The position numbers and the translations under genes were made by a program. From Gloeobacterales cyanobacterium (GTDB lineage: Bacteria; Cyanobacteriota; Cyanobacteriia; Gloeobacterales; PMM-0068), in the NCBI GenBank assembly GCA_038245785.1, contig JBBRSB010000014.1:38728-102727 (forward strand): 64,000 nt of DNA, given 5' to 3'. Of the stretch, positions 1 to 10,285 are shown piece after piece. The notes beneath the pieces were generated by a model that did not search any database, was not told the DNA's origin, and saw only the letters and a list, made by a program, of their open reading frames with translations. Position 1 is the stretch's first letter; every line of letters starts with the position of its first letter.

Positions 1-890
1 TCCCCACGCCCATTTCCTGCGAAATGCCAGGCTAGGGCAAGCAGAGCTGCTGGATTTTCTTTAATCTCTGGGATGCGGGTAGCCTGGTCCATGACTTTGG
101 CCCCTTCTAGCATCTCTCGAATTGAAATACCCTGTAAAGCTGCAGGCAGTAGGCCAACGGCAGAAAGCTCTGAGGTGCGCCCGCCCACCCAGTCATGCAT
201 AGGGAAGATCTCAATCCAGCCTTCTGATTCAGCGAGTTCTGCCAGCTTACTGCCTACTCCCGTGACCGCGACTGCATGCTGCGCAAAGTCCAGTCCCTGG
301 TCTTGGAAAAACTTCTGCACTTCCAACATGCCATTGCGCGTATCAGGGGTACCTCCGGATTTGGAAATGGTGATCACTAAAGTGGTCGCTAAACGGTCCT
401 TGAGTTTTCCGAGGATGCGGTCAATACCTTCCGGGTCCGTATTGTCGATGAAATGAATGTTTAACGGGGGGAAGTCAGGCGCTAGGGCTTCAGCCACAAA
501 CTGAGGACCAAGCGCGGAGCCCCCAATACCTAGAGATAGTACATCCGTAAATTTCGGGGCTTGTGGAGGATGAATCTCGCCTGCGTGGACTTTACGGACG
601 AAGGTTTCTACTTGTTCAATCGTGTCGAGAATGTCTTTCTTCAGTTCCGGCGTTGGGGCCAAGTCAGCGTTCCGAAGCCAGTAGTGGCCGACCATACGCT
701 GTTCGTCTGGATTGGCGATGGAGCCTGCTTCCAGCTCTGCCATACTTTTGAAGGCCTGCTCAAATCTTGGGCGGAGAGATTCCACAAAATCGCTGTCAAA
801 GCCGATGCGGCTGACATCCAAATACAATCCCATGCCTTCATGGTAGTAAAGCCAGTCTTGGTAACGTTGCCAGAGTACAGCACGGTCCAT
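1..890 (-). CDS. pgi: Glucose-6-phosphate isomerase (3' part runs off the window)
   Basis: Not in the ORF track. Manual minus-strand translation from ATG at 890 gives [17 protein letters not shown]...RMVGHYWLR...[11 protein letters not shown]...[12 protein letters not shown]...[17 protein letters not shown], typical cyanobacterial PGI. Confidence 0.95.
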   Translation of the reverse strand, partial: MDRAVLWQRYQDWLYYHEGMGLYLDVSRIGFDSDFVESLRPRFEQAFKSMAELEAGSIANPDEQRMVGHYWLRNADLAPTPELKKDILDTIEQVETFVRKVHAGEIHPPQAPKFTDVLSLGIGGSALGPQFVAEALAPDFPPLNIHFIDNTDPEGIDRILGKLKDRLATTLVITISKSGGTPDTRNGMLEVQKFFQDQGLDFAQHAVAVTGVGSKLAELAESEGWIEIFPMHDWVGGRTSELSAVGLLPAALQGISIREMLEGAKVMDQATRIPEIKENPAALLALAWHFAGNGRG

Positions 891-1116
891 AGTCACTTCT
901 TCCCTCATCTCCACTCAAGTAGTAGTGTAACGGCAGAGATGAGCAGATTCGCCGCTTATGTTTGAAGGCACCAGAGTTTGATGCTGGTTCTGTTGATGCT
1001 GAGCTGGTCAACAAAATTAGAAGTGAGAGCACGAGTCGGGTTTAAGGTGTGTGTAGCTACTCTATCCAACAGAACCATCACCCTCTAAGATCAGAGCGAT
1101 CTCAAACACGGGAGAT

Positions 1117-2043
1117 ATGATGTCCGGTCATCCCATTCTGCTTGGCATAGTTGGTGATAGTGCTGCAGGAAAAACAACGCTGACGCGAGGTATTGCCCAA
1201 ATCCTTGGCCCAGAGAACGTCACCATCATCTGCACGGATGATTATCATCGCTATGATCGCCGTCAGCGGGCAGAGAAAGGGATCACGGCCCTGCATCCCG
1301 ATTGCAACTACCTGGACATCATTCAGCAGCACCTGGCACTCCTGCGCACAGGACAGCCTATCCTCAAGCCGATTTATAACCACACCACGGGGGCTTTTGA
1401 CCCGCCTGAGTATATTGAACCCAAGCGCTATGTGATTGTCGAAGGGTTGCTAGGCTTCACTACGCGGGGAATGCGGGATTGCTATGACGTAAAAGTTTAT
1501 CTAGCCCCGCCTGAGGCTCTGCGCACGCGCTGGAAGATCAAACGGGATACGGCTAAGAGAGGTTATGCCGAAGAAGCCGTTCTTACCGAGATGAGAAAAC
1601 GCGAACCCGATTCTGAGCATTACATTCGCCCTCAGCGTGGTTGGGCTGATATGGTCGTCAGTTTCTATCCTTCAGAAGAAGCAGAGAAAGACGCTCAACT
1701 GAATGTGCGCCTCGTACTGCGGCCCACCATTCCTCACCCAGACTTTCTAGAAGTGATTACCCGCAGTAGTGCCCATGCTAAATCTGCTGTCCGCATGGAG
1801 CTTGACCGCGATATGGGCAAGCCCGTGGATGTTCTGGAAGTAGATGGCCATGCCACCAACGAACAGGTTAGAGAGCTGCAAGAAGTGCTGTGCGGAGAAG
1901 GACCCTATGATGCCGCAACCTGTATGACCTTTGATATTGGCAAGTTAGTCGGTACCACGGGTGAGATCCTGGAAAGTCATCCTTTAGCAATCTCACAGCT
2001 ATTGATTACCTATCACATGCTTAAAGCATCCAAAGGTTACTAA
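1117..2043 (+). CDS. Phosphoribulokinase/uridine kinase family protein (PRK-like)
   Basis: GDSAAGKTT P-loop, DDYHRYDR, KPIYNHTTG and YIRPQR motifs of the PRK/URK family. Confidence 0.85.
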   Translation: MMSGHPILLGIVGDSAAGKTTLTRGIAQILGPENVTIICTDDYHRYDRRQRAEKGITALHPDCNYLDIIQQHLALLRTGQPILKPIYNHTTGAFDPPEYIEPKRYVIVEGLLGFTTRGMRDCYDVKVYLAPPEALRTRWKIKRDTAKRGYAEEAVLTEMRKREPDSEHYIRPQRGWADMVVSFYPSEEAEKDAQLNVRLVLRPTIPHPDFLEVITRSSAHAKSAVRMELDRDMGKPVDVLEVDGHATNEQVRELQEVLCGEGPYDAATCMTFDIGKLVGTTGEILESHPLAISQLLITYHMLKASKGY

Positions 2044-2061
2044 AAAGATCAATATCCGAAT

Positions 2062-2091
2062 TTCCCTAAGGCCATTATTGGCCTTAGGGAA
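2062..2091. terminator. Bidirectional hairpin terminator between convergent genes
   Basis: Perfect 13-bp stem TTCCCTAAGGCCA-ttat-TGGCCTTAGGGAA. Confidence 0.75.
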
Positions 2092-2099
2092 CAGTTCAG

Positions 2100-2354
2100 C
2101 TAGTGTGCTGTAGTAGGCATTTCAAACAGAGAGGAGTCTTGTTCTACACCCTGAATCACGAAGCTTAAAGCTATCTGGTTTGCATGCTCCTGTGTGGTGA
2201 GGCCAGGGGCGTAATGTTTGCCGATTACACGCTCAAGATCCTCTGTAGTTATACCTAAGGATTCTAGAGCACGGGTGTGCTCGGCGTAGGCATTAACGCA
2301 GGCAATGTGGAGCATTTTATGCATCTGCTTATCGTGTTCATAATCGTGTTTCAT
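2100..2354 (-). CDS. Small hypothetical protein (84 aa)
   Basis: ATG at 2354 preceded by GGAGGT RBS; ends at the hairpin terminator; no recognisable family. Confidence 0.6.
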   Translation of the reverse strand: MKHDYEHDKQMHKMLHIACVNAYAEHTRALESLGITTEDLERVIGKHYAPGLTTQEHANQIALSFVIQGVEQDSSLFEMPTTAH

Positions 2355-2577
2355 TTTTAAACCTCCTAGATAGGCATTAGGCAGGAGCGACCACACTTGA
2401 TGTCTATTGCTGATGCTATTCAGGTCAAGTTTTCAGTCTGGAGGTATTCCTACTTTGAAGACGAAGGATTTGCTTCTATAATGCTCCGTTTATTTTTAAA
2501 TTTCACTAGCTGGAATCCTTAAGAGTTTGGCAACTCCTCGTATCATGGGGGATACAAATGAATAAATTGATATATCT

Positions 2578-3759
2578 ATGCTGAGCAATATTAAGCACTT
2601 AGCACACAAGCTAGCCCCTCTCTTGATTGATATACGTCGCCATCTCCACAGCCATCCCGAGCTGAGCGGCCAAGAGTATCAAACGGCAGCCTATGTGGCT
2701 GGAGTGCTCTCTGCCCATGGACTTTTTGTAAAAGAGGGCGTAGGCAAAGTCGGGGTAATAGGAGAACTCCAGGGACAAAATACAGACAGTCGATTACTGG
2801 CGATTCGAACCGATATGGATGCTCTTCCGATCGAAGAGCGTACAGGCTTAGATTTTGCCTCTCAGAATCCAAAAATCATGCACGCCTGTGGTCATGACGT
2901 GCACACAACCGTAGGACTTGGCACTGCTCTTGTGCTGTCTCAGGTAGGCGAGGTCTTACCGGGCAATGTTCGCTTTTTATTCCAGCCTGCCGAAGAAGTG
3001 GCTGAAGGCGCTAGTTGGATGATCAGAGATGGCGTAATGAATGACGTTACCGCCATTCTTTCGCTGCATGTCTTTCCTTCGATTCCCGCTGGTTCTGTCG
3101 GGATTCGTTATGGAGCCCTAACCGCTGCTGCCGATGATCTGGAAATCACGATTCTCGGAGAGTCGGGGCACGGTGCTCGCCCTCATGAAGCGATTGATGC
3201 CATTTGGATTGCTTCGCAGGTGATTACCACTCTTCAGCAAGCGATTAGCCGGACCCAAAATCCATTGCGGCCTGTAGTTCTGAGTATTGGCCAAATTCAA
3301 GGCGGACGCGCTCCCAATGTGATCGCCGACCATGTCCAACTGCTGGGCACGGTCCGCACCTTGCATCTAGAGACTCGCGATAAGCTGCCCGCATGGATCG
3401 AAAAGATTGTGGCGAATGTTTGCCAATCCTACGGGGCTCGCTACGAGGTGAACTATGGACGTGGTGTACCTTCTGTCCAAAATAATTTAGCCCTCAGTCA
3501 GCTCTTAGAAACGGCTGCCCAAGAAGCCTGGGGCAAAGAGCGGGTCCAAATTCTGACCGAACCTTCTTTAGGTGCAGAAGACTTTTCGCTGTATCTGGAA
3601 CACGCTCCCGGTGCTATGTTCCGCCTAGGCGTTGGGCACAAAGATAAACCGAATTATCCGCTACACCACCCCCAATTTGAGGTTGATGAATCTTCCATAG
3701 TCACAGGGGTCGTCACCCTAGCCTATGCCGCCTACAAATATTGGCAGGAGAGCTATTAG
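2578..3759 (+). CDS. M20 family amidohydrolase (N-acyl-L-amino acid amidohydrolase-like)
   Basis: RRHLHSHPELS, RTDMDALP, MHACGHDVH, FQPAEE, GAEDFS and LHHPQF motifs. Confidence 0.92.
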   Translation: MLSNIKHLAHKLAPLLIDIRRHLHSHPELSGQEYQTAAYVAGVLSAHGLFVKEGVGKVGVIGELQGQNTDSRLLAIRTDMDALPIEERTGLDFASQNPKIMHACGHDVHTTVGLGTALVLSQVGEVLPGNVRFLFQPAEEVAEGASWMIRDGVMNDVTAILSLHVFPSIPAGSVGIRYGALTAAADDLEITILGESGHGARPHEAIDAIWIASQVITTLQQAISRTQNPLRPVVLSIGQIQGGRAPNVIADHVQLLGTVRTLHLETRDKLPAWIEKIVANVCQSYGARYEVNYGRGVPSVQNNLALSQLLETAAQEAWGKERVQILTEPSLGAEDFSLYLEHAPGAMFRLGVGHKDKPNYPLHHPQFEVDESSIVTGVVTLAYAAYKYWQESY

Positions 3760-3770
3760 AGTTAAGAGCC

Positions 3771-4088
3771 TCAAATCACACTATTCAATCCCCGTTTCTG
3801 AACCAGATGCAACAGCTTGAGAGCGGTACCCGTGAGTCGTTTCTGACCGATTTCCCACTTCTGTACTGTTGACACGCTTGTATTCAAAACTGCAGCGAAT
3901 ACTGCTTGACTGACGTGAGATGCTTCGCGGATTTGCTTAATTTGCCCAGGGTCCAGTGGTTCGATTGGAGCCAAGCACAGACGATCGAATTCACGCAGCG
4001 TGACCCGATCCATTACGCCAGCTTTGTGCAGTCCCTTTGCCGTTTCATGAACAGCCTCAAGAATCGCTGATTTAGTCTTCCGCATCAC
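3771..4088 (-). CDS. XRE-family HTH antitoxin (HigA/YiaG-like)
   Basis: EAVHETAKGLH...TLREFD...IKQIRE..HVSQAVFAAVLNTSVSTVQKWEIGQK; GGAGG RBS before GTG. Confidence 0.85.
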   Translation of the reverse strand: MMRKTKSAILEAVHETAKGLHKAGVMDRVTLREFDRLCLAPIEPLDPGQIKQIREASHVSQAVFAAVLNTSVSTVQKWEIGQKRLTGTALKLLHLVQKRGLNSVI

Positions 4089-4167
4089 AATATACCTCCA
4101 TCAATTTGTCAGCACGTTCTGCTTTCTCAAAAGCTTGTAGCGTTAAAGACAAAAGTTCTAAAGCTAA
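4072..4167 (-). pseudogene. C-terminal remnant of the cognate RelE/ParE (HigB-like) toxin
   Basis: Reads LALELLSLTLQAFEKAERADKLMEVYCDAED* and overlaps the antitoxin start as in higBA operons; no start codon or N-terminus. Confidence 0.5.
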
Positions 4168-4182
4168 TCTTATTTGGCTGAT

Positions 4183-5805
4183 TTAAACTCTGACCATCTT
4201 GCTTTGGGCATCTTTGAGATGTTTATCTAACAAAGGTTCTACAACAGAACCGAGCAGATGATTCCAGGGCAGACAAGATAAATCATTCCAGTTTTCATGA
4301 ACATAGAAATCCAGCGGTGGGATTTGGCCTCTTAGTTCTTTGAAAGCGCGTTTAAAGCTCCCCAGAGAGCCTCCATAATCACGGGCCTTAAGCAGCACTT
4401 CTCCCACTCTGCGGTCTCCACGGGCAATCAAAGCTTGAATTACGGACCAGCTATAGCTTTCGGGCCGGAAGTCCACCCCTTGCTTATGTAGGGCTTTAGC
4501 CAAATATTGGAGCTTCTTTTCGGCCTTAGGGTCTACGCCATAGCCCTGAAAAGGAGTGTGCGCTTTGGGCACAAAGGTACTGCAACCAAAGCTTAGACGG
4601 AACTTCTTCGCTTCTTTCTTAAGCGCGGTGAGCATGGCAATCGTTTCATCTAAGTCTTCAGCCGTTTCACCGGGAACTCCGGCCATACCGTAGAGCTTCA
4701 TGCCCGTTAAGCCACCATCCATGGCTATATGCAAAGCCTGGTGAATCTCTTGCGTAGAGAGCTTCTTATTGATAATCTGACGCAATCGTTCTGAACCACT
4801 TTCGACGGCAATCGTTACCGATTTGGAGCCACGTTTAGCGAGGGTGCCTGCAATTTTGGGCGTTAAGGTGTTCGCTCGCACAGAAGACACACTGAGATGA
4901 ACCTCAGAAAATTCGTCTTGGTCAAGATAATCGATCAAAGATTCAAACTCTGGATGTTGGGTGACTGAAGCCCCTAGGAGTCCCAAGCGAGGCGTAACTT
5001 TGAGCCCCTCCTGAATCAATGGAATCAAAGACCCTTCCACAGACGGAGTTCTAAAAGGTAAAGTCAAATAACTGGCTAGGCAAAAACGACACATCTCCGG
5101 GCAAGAGCGGACCACTTCTACCATGAAGATGTTTTCCCAAGCGCTATGGGCCGTGACCACACTGGAAGAAGAAAGTTTATTGCCACGATAGGTCTGTTTC
5201 TGTACTGTACTGGGTGCCTGACTGCTGCTAATCGCAACCACAGGACCTGTGGGAGATTCATAGTCCACTTCATAGAGGCTGGGGACATAGAGGCCGGGAA
5301 TTTGGGCAAGTCGCAGCAGTTTCTCTTTACGGTCCAAGCCTTTCAGTTGCCGAAGCGCATTGATGAAAGTAGGGACTAATTCCTCACCATCTCCCAAGAG
5401 AAAGACATCAAAAAACAGGGAAAAAGGCTCTGGATTAGCGCTAAAAACAGGCCCCCCGCCAAAGATAATCGGGTCATCGTCATCCCGTTCCTCAGAGCGT
5501 ACGGTGATGCCCAAGCGCTCTAGTTGCGAAATTACGTGGACAAAATCCAATTCCCAAGAGAAAGAAAACCCGACGGCGTCTACATGCGTGGGTAAAGGCT
5601 CATGCATATCGGTAAAAAATCGAGCGACCCGCACTCCGGGTAAGGAAGCGAGAAGCCGCCAAACTACTTGATAGCCCAGGCTCGTGATACCGATGGTGTA
5701 TTCATTTGGAAAAGCATAGATCACTTCTAAGACATCAGCATCCCCCAGCCCGTAGGTGGGTTCAAAAAGCATTTTTTCTTCTTGGAATAGACTAGTGTGC
5801 TGCAT
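4183..5805 (-). CDS. B12-binding-domain radical SAM protein
   Basis: CPEMCRFC (CxxxCxxC); N-terminal FPNEYTIGITSLGYQ and IIFGGGP; start may be 5772. Confidence 0.88.
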   Translation of the reverse strand: MQHTSLFQEEKMLFEPTYGLGDADVLEVIYAFPNEYTIGITSLGYQVVWRLLASLPGVRVARFFTDMHEPLPTHVDAVGFSFSWELDFVHVISQLERLGITVRSEERDDDDPIIFGGGPVFSANPEPFSLFFDVFLLGDGEELVPTFINALRQLKGLDRKEKLLRLAQIPGLYVPSLYEVDYESPTGPVVAISSSQAPSTVQKQTYRGNKLSSSSVVTAHSAWENIFMVEVVRSCPEMCRFCLASYLTLPFRTPSVEGSLIPLIQEGLKVTPRLGLLGASVTQHPEFESLIDYLDQDEFSEVHLSVSSVRANTLTPKIAGTLAKRGSKSVTIAVESGSERLRQIINKKLSTQEIHQALHIAMDGGLTGMKLYGMAGVPGETAEDLDETIAMLTALKKEAKKFRLSFGCSTFVPKAHTPFQGYGVDPKAEKKLQYLAKALHKQGVDFRPESYSWSVIQALIARGDRRVGEVLLKARDYGGSLGSFKRAFKELRGQIPPLDFYVHENWNDLSCLPWNHLLGSVVEPLLDKHLKDAQSKMVRV

Positions 5806-6032
5806 ATGAAAGAGTACCGATGAACAGTGGCACCCAGTCAGCCTGAAGTGTCTCGTCCTATTGTTTTTAAGATCCTAACACTCCCTCTATATTCAGCCGC
5901 TCTATACGGGAATACTGATAGATGTTGTGGAATGGGATCTATATAATCTGGAAAGCTGTTTTCTCCGAAGCGGGAGAACAGGACTAACTGCCCAATTTGC
6001 CCCATTATCGTTGCTATAGGTGGCTGAGGAAA

Positions 6033-6977
6033 ATGCTGCATCAGTTTTATCGGAAGAGAATAACGGCTTTATTGATCCCTGTGCTTTTGGTCTCTGTGGT
6101 ACTTCCAAGCCATGCGAAACCTCGCAAGGCGGCCCCAAACGCAGAAGCCGCTAAGCAGTTTCAAATTCAAGCCTCGCAAGCCACAAAGATTCCAGCCGGT
6201 TCTCTCGGTAATTTTGTAGTCATGTTCGCTAACACGGCAGCAGGTCCGATGACGGGCTTAGATGTCCAAGAGGGTAAGCAGGTTTCACTCCCGGTCGCCG
6301 GTCGCGTGGGCACCGTAGAATTGCCTCAGGGAAGTCTTTTGGTCGGTCGCTTCAATCGGCTGAATGAGGCTACAGGGTCATTTGCTTTTGATACTTTGAT
6401 TGCCAACGGCAAGTTGTACAAAATTAATGCGGTTAGTGCCCCTCTTCCCGGCAAACTCAGACAGGACCTCTACGATCTGCAAAACCGCAGAGATGGCAGA
6501 GACTTTGCAAAAACAGGCATCAAGGAGCGCAGAGAAGAACAGCGGGGACGGGCCGCTCGTGAGTACAGTAATGCTGGCGGCAGCATTATAGGCAATTTTT
6601 CTCCCTTGGCCGGTTCACTGATTGGGGGCCTTGGCTCGATTGTCGGTACTTCCAAAGAAACAGAAGCGGTTGAGAATTCCACAACAAAGCAAGAGGAAAT
6701 CCTTGACCGCGATATTCCTAGTGTTTTGGTAGCAGAGATATCGCCGCTGCAGAATCTATCGGTTCAATTCAATGAGGCCGTAGACCTCAATGCTCCGATT
6801 ACGAGCGTGCCCCAGGCTGCTCAGTTTCCACAGGGAGTGCCTGCTGCTGCTCCTGCCACCAACTTTGCACCGCAGCCGAGCACAACCGTACCTCAAGTCC
6901 CCGTAGTCGCTCCTCAATATCCCTATGGTGGCTACCCTGCTGCTCCCTACGGTTATCCTGGAGGAGCGCTGCCCTAA
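6033..6977 (+). CDS. Secreted hypothetical protein (TrbI/VirB10-like beta domain, glycine zipper, Pro-rich tail)
   Basis: Signal peptide after ATG 6033 (GAGGA RBS); LPQGSLLVGRF...FAFDTLI; GSLIGGLGSIVG; Pro/Ala/Tyr-rich C-terminus. Confidence 0.6.
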   Translation: MLHQFYRKRITALLIPVLLVSVVLPSHAKPRKAAPNAEAAKQFQIQASQATKIPAGSLGNFVVMFANTAAGPMTGLDVQEGKQVSLPVAGRVGTVELPQGSLLVGRFNRLNEATGSFAFDTLIANGKLYKINAVSAPLPGKLRQDLYDLQNRRDGRDFAKTGIKERREEQRGRAAREYSNAGGSIIGNFSPLAGSLIGGLGSIVGTSKETEAVENSTTKQEEILDRDIPSVLVAEISPLQNLSVQFNEAVDLNAPITSVPQAAQFPQGVPAAAPATNFAPQPSTTVPQVPVVAPQYPYGGYPAAPYGYPGGALP

Positions 6978-7000
6978 GGGATTACGCCTTAGCTTAAACG

Positions 7001-7456
7001 TTATTTTTTAGAAAAGTCCGGTTGGTCAACCTGGACTTTTTCTGAAAATCCTTTTGCCTGGAAATTAGTTAAGGAGAAGGGGAGCTTCGTATCCGCAGCT
7101 GCATCAAACTGCAGAGCAAAATTGTTTTTACCTGGTTTTACTTCGGCTAGGGTGCCAACTCTTCTACGGGTTAAAACGACTGTCCCGTTGACATCAGCAA
7201 TTCGTCCAAAAACATCTACGTTCTTGGCTGGTTTCTCGCCATTAAATTCACTACTGCCGCTGAGCAGAAAGCACTTTCCCTCTCGATTAGCGCGGTCATT
7301 GGTACTCACTAAAACCTTGTTTTTTTCGGTGCCTAGAGGACACTCTTTAACTGCAAGATCTTTTAGTTCAATCACTATTTTCGTACTGCTTGCGCATCCC
7401 AAGAGAAGGAGGGGTACGCATAAAATCACTAAAGAGGCAGAAAATTGTTTTTTCAT
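7001..7456 (-). CDS. Conserved cyanobacterial lipoprotein
   Basis: Lipobox LLLGC; KECP...CFLLSG...DVFGRIADVNG...RRRVGTLAEVKPG. Confidence 0.7.
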   Translation of the reverse strand: MKKQFSASLVILCVPLLLLGCASSTKIVIELKDLAVKECPLGTEKNKVLVSTNDRANREGKCFLLSGSSEFNGEKPAKNVDVFGRIADVNGTVVLTRRRVGTLAEVKPGKNNFALQFDAAADTKLPFSLTNFQAKGFSEKVQVDQPDFSKK

Positions 7457-7535
7457 GAATAGTTTAAAGTTACCGCTTTAGATTGTACGTCGGGGACAGG
7501 GCATGTACCATGACAACTATCGTGTGGAGCTGGAC

Positions 7536-8090
7536 ATGGTCAAAGTGCTGGTGCCTTTGTTCATAGGATTTGAAGAAATTGAAGCGATTACGATCATCGA
7601 CATCCTTAGAAGAGCTGAGGTGGAAGTAGTCACGGCGGGATTAAGCCCCAATCCAGTAATGGGAGCCCACGGCATCCCTGTAATCGCGGATCTAGACATC
7701 GATGCGGTAGAAGCAGATAGCTATGCAGGCATCGTGCTTCCTGGTGGTGCCGGAACAGCGACCCTCCACGCAGATTCCCGTGTGCGAAGCTTAGTGATGG
7801 CCTTCTCCAAGCAGAGAAAAATCACGGCTGCTGTGTGTGCAGCTCCCACCGTTCTCTCTGAACTAGGACTTTTGAAAGATAAAAAAGCGACGAGTTATCC
7901 CTCGGTACGTTCTTCTCTAGTCGTCGGCACCTATCTTGAAGATCCTGTGGTGATCGATGACCTGATCATCACTAGTCGGGGTGCAGGAACAGCTATGGCC
8001 TTTGCTCTGGAACTTGCAGCCCGTTTTAGCAGCCCGGAGAAAGCGCAGGCGGTTGCCCGTGCAGTGCTCGCAGATATCGGCGGAAGCTGA
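7536..8090 (+). CDS. DJ-1/PfpI (YajL/ThiJ) family protein
   Basis: GFEEIEAITIIDILRRA, LPGG, AAVCAAP, ITSRGAGTA. Confidence 0.92.
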   Translation: MVKVLVPLFIGFEEIEAITIIDILRRAEVEVVTAGLSPNPVMGAHGIPVIADLDIDAVEADSYAGIVLPGGAGTATLHADSRVRSLVMAFSKQRKITAAVCAAPTVLSELGLLKDKKATSYPSVRSSLVVGTYLEDPVVIDDLIITSRGAGTAMAFALELAARFSSPEKAQAVARAVLADIGGS

Positions 8091-8132
8091 AAAAACTTTA
8101 GCCTAACGGGTTCAATAACTGACATGAGGAAT

Positions 8133-8327
8133 CTAACGTTTACGGGGAGTCGTCTTTTCGACAAGATCAAGGTCGCTCGCCAGAAAACTCACCTGTTTGG
8201 CCCAGTTTCCACCCAAGAAAAAGACGCCTACCTTGCCATCGATAATTTTCTGCACTTGCCCTTCAAAGCCGTAGTAGATATTGTCGCGATTGATTACTTT
8301 GACGGGCATGCCAGGGCGGATATCCAT
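8133..8327 (-). CDS. ndhS: NDH-1 subunit S
   Basis: IRPGMPVKVINRDNIYYGFEGQVQKIIDGKVGVFFLGGNWAKQVSF matches the SH3-like NdhS family. Confidence 0.88.
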   Translation of the reverse strand: MDIRPGMPVKVINRDNIYYGFEGQVQKIIDGKVGVFFLGGNWAKQVSFLASDLDLVEKTTPRKR

Positions 8328-8423
8328 GTTTATCTTTTACATAAATAGGGAACTATGTTTAATATACTGTCCAAACAGTAGGTATTTCAGGATTACTTGT
8401 TTTCCATAGGGGTGGACTGGACC

Positions 8424-8747
8424 ATGAAGCACATTCGTACATTTCTCTTTGCCTGGATGGCCCTGAGTGTCGTGGGAGGCGCAGCCGTTCCAGCTTTTGC
8501 TGTTGAACGTCTAGCCACCAGCGCTTACTGGGACCAAATCCAGCCTAAGCCTTTTGAATTTCCGGAGCAGGTAATCGGTCGCAAAAAAGATATCATCTTC
8601 AGCGAATTTCTAGACCCTGTAGAAGCGCGTCTCTACGACAATCCGATTCGGACGAGAGACCTTCCCTCTCCTTTCAATACTTCTATCCAAGGTCAAAGCA
8701 GCTATTTTGAAACCACAGGCAATCAGCCAGAACTGGAATTCCGTTAA
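8424..8747 (+). CDS. Secreted hypothetical protein
   Basis: Signal peptide ending AVPAFA; C-terminal PIRTRDLPSPFNTSI motif. Confidence 0.65.
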   Translation: MKHIRTFLFAWMALSVVGGAAVPAFAVERLATSAYWDQIQPKPFEFPEQVIGRKKDIIFSEFLDPVEARLYDNPIRTRDLPSPFNTSIQGQSSYFETTGNQPELEFR

Positions 8748-8760
8748 ATAGCCGTCCCCG

Positions 8761-9795
8761 CTAAGGAATAATACGCAATTGGGTAGGGTTTTTCCCTACC
8801 TTAATTGTTTTTCTGTCAGCATCCTTCGGGTTTGCTGGGTTGATGACGGTCACTTCACCCTTTCCCGGATGAGAAATATATAAGTTTCCCTGGCCATCTA
8901 GATCTATGGCACTGATTGGATTTCTAAAACTAAGGGAAGCTTCTGGGATTAAGTTTAATTTGTTGAGATCGACCACCGATATTTGATTCAAGGTCGAATC
9001 GCCCACATATAAACGCCCTAACTTAGCATCTAAGGCAAGCAAACCAGGATTGACAGACCTTCCCAAAAAGTTCGGGTCTTGCAGGGAAACTTTCTTTTGG
9101 ACTTGAGTGGTCTCACTATCCAAAACATAGAGCGTGGACTTCATCGCAACCAAGAGATGACCCGTCGCAGCATCTAAGAGGCTAGGTGCAAGAAAAGCGC
9201 TGTCTCCTAGCAGGATATTGCCCGTTTCTTTGAGACTACGCGTGTCATAGAGTCTGACCAAACCCTTAGTAGGGTCGGTAATCCATAGGCGGGAACGGGA
9301 TTCATCTAGCGCCAGATTAGGGCTGAGTAGATATGGGTTGGACAGCCCCAGGTCTATTTTGGATACAACCTGTAAGTCTTTGCGATTGAGGACGGTCAGC
9401 CTGTTAGAGCGGCCATGGACCACATAAATGCGCTCTTTGCCCACAACAAAGTCTGCAGGATTAGCAGGAACCCTCACGGCCTGAGGAGGAGCCGCATCCG
9501 TATCTCCCATCAGATAGAGACGGTTCCCTGTTCCATCCAGAACAAAAACCTGAGCACCGTCTAGCCTCATTTGCGAGGGCTCCAGCCCGACCTCGCTACT
9601 TCTACGCTCCTGACCTTGATTCAGGTCGTACCAGCGGACAAGGGCGGTGTTGTTATCTAAAAAGACCAGTTCTGCAGCACGAGCAGGGGCTGTGAGCAAA
9701 GTCACAGAGACCGCCAGCAGCAGATCTGCACCAAAATGCTTCAAATACAGGAGAGGCCTGAAATTTTTCTGCGGCAGACCACGTCCTGAAAGCAT
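8761..9795 (-). CDS. YncE-family beta-propeller protein
   Basis: Signal peptide; repeated 'RLYV..S..N.ISVVD' blades; ends TIKVGKNP. Confidence 0.75.
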   Translation of the reverse strand: MLSGRGLPQKNFRPLLYLKHFGADLLLAVSVTLLTAPARAAELVFLDNNTALVRWYDLNQGQERRSSEVGLEPSQMRLDGAQVFVLDGTGNRLYLMGDTDAAPPQAVRVPANPADFVVGKERIYVVHGRSNRLTVLNRKDLQVVSKIDLGLSNPYLLSPNLALDESRSRLWITDPTKGLVRLYDTRSLKETGNILLGDSAFLAPSLLDAATGHLLVAMKSTLYVLDSETTQVQKKVSLQDPNFLGRSVNPGLLALDAKLGRLYVGDSTLNQISVVDLNKLNLIPEASLSFRNPISAIDLDGQGNLYISHPGKGEVTVINPANPKDADRKTIKVGKNPTQLRIIP

Positions 9796-9798
9796 TGA

Positions 9799-10212
9799 TT
9801 AACTCTTATCAGAGGTCACAATTCTTTCTTTGACGCGGGTTCTCTTACCAACGCGGTCGCGGAGATAGTAAAGCTTGGCGCGTCGCACCATTCCTCTACG
9901 GGTCACCAGAATCGCATCAATAGAAGGAGCATGAATCATAAAGACCCGCTCCACACCGATACCTTGGAAAACCTTACGAACTGTGATCGTCCGATTGATA
10001 CCGCAGCCACGCTCACCGATGATCGTCCCTTCGTAGGCTTGAAGACGTTCTTTGCTGCCCTCTCTAATGCGGACACTAACCCGGACAGTATCGCCCACCC
10101 GGAAACTAGGGATGTCAGTTCTCAAATACTCAGCTTCAATCTCACGGAGAATCGCATCTCCTGATTTCTTGACAGGGGCAGTACTCGCACCCTCTTTTGT
10201 TGCAGCGCTCAT
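9799..10212 (-). CDS. rplS: 50S ribosomal protein L19
   Basis: [22 protein letters not shown]...[15 protein letters not shown]...[10 protein letters not shown]. Confidence 0.97.
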   Translation of the reverse strand: MSAATKEGASTAPVKKSGDAILREIEAEYLRTDIPSFRVGDTVRVSVRIREGSKERLQAYEGTIIGERGCGINRTITVRKVFQGIGVERVFMIHAPSIDAILVTRRGMVRRAKLYYLRDRVGKRTRVKERIVTSDKS

Positions 10213-10285
10213 CGGGCTTGGCTCATAAACACAATCCCTAATAATACGGGAGCTAGGTGCTCATAGCAAGCTGACGTTTAGATCT

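Noticed and set aside
73..1032. Several ORF-track frames (73-456, 561-965, 563-751, 641-883, 838-1032)
   Set aside because: Shadow frames of pgi, which the track missed because it runs off the window.
1061..1096. TCTATC half-sites upstream of the PRK-like gene (also 38480, 47527, 51153)
   Set aside because: Poor second half-site or no TAN3T at the 22-nt spacing; not counted in the regulon.
6033..6977. Conjugation/type IV secretion locus suggested by the TrbI-like segment
   Set aside because: No other T4SS, relaxase or coupling genes nearby; it sits among housekeeping genes.
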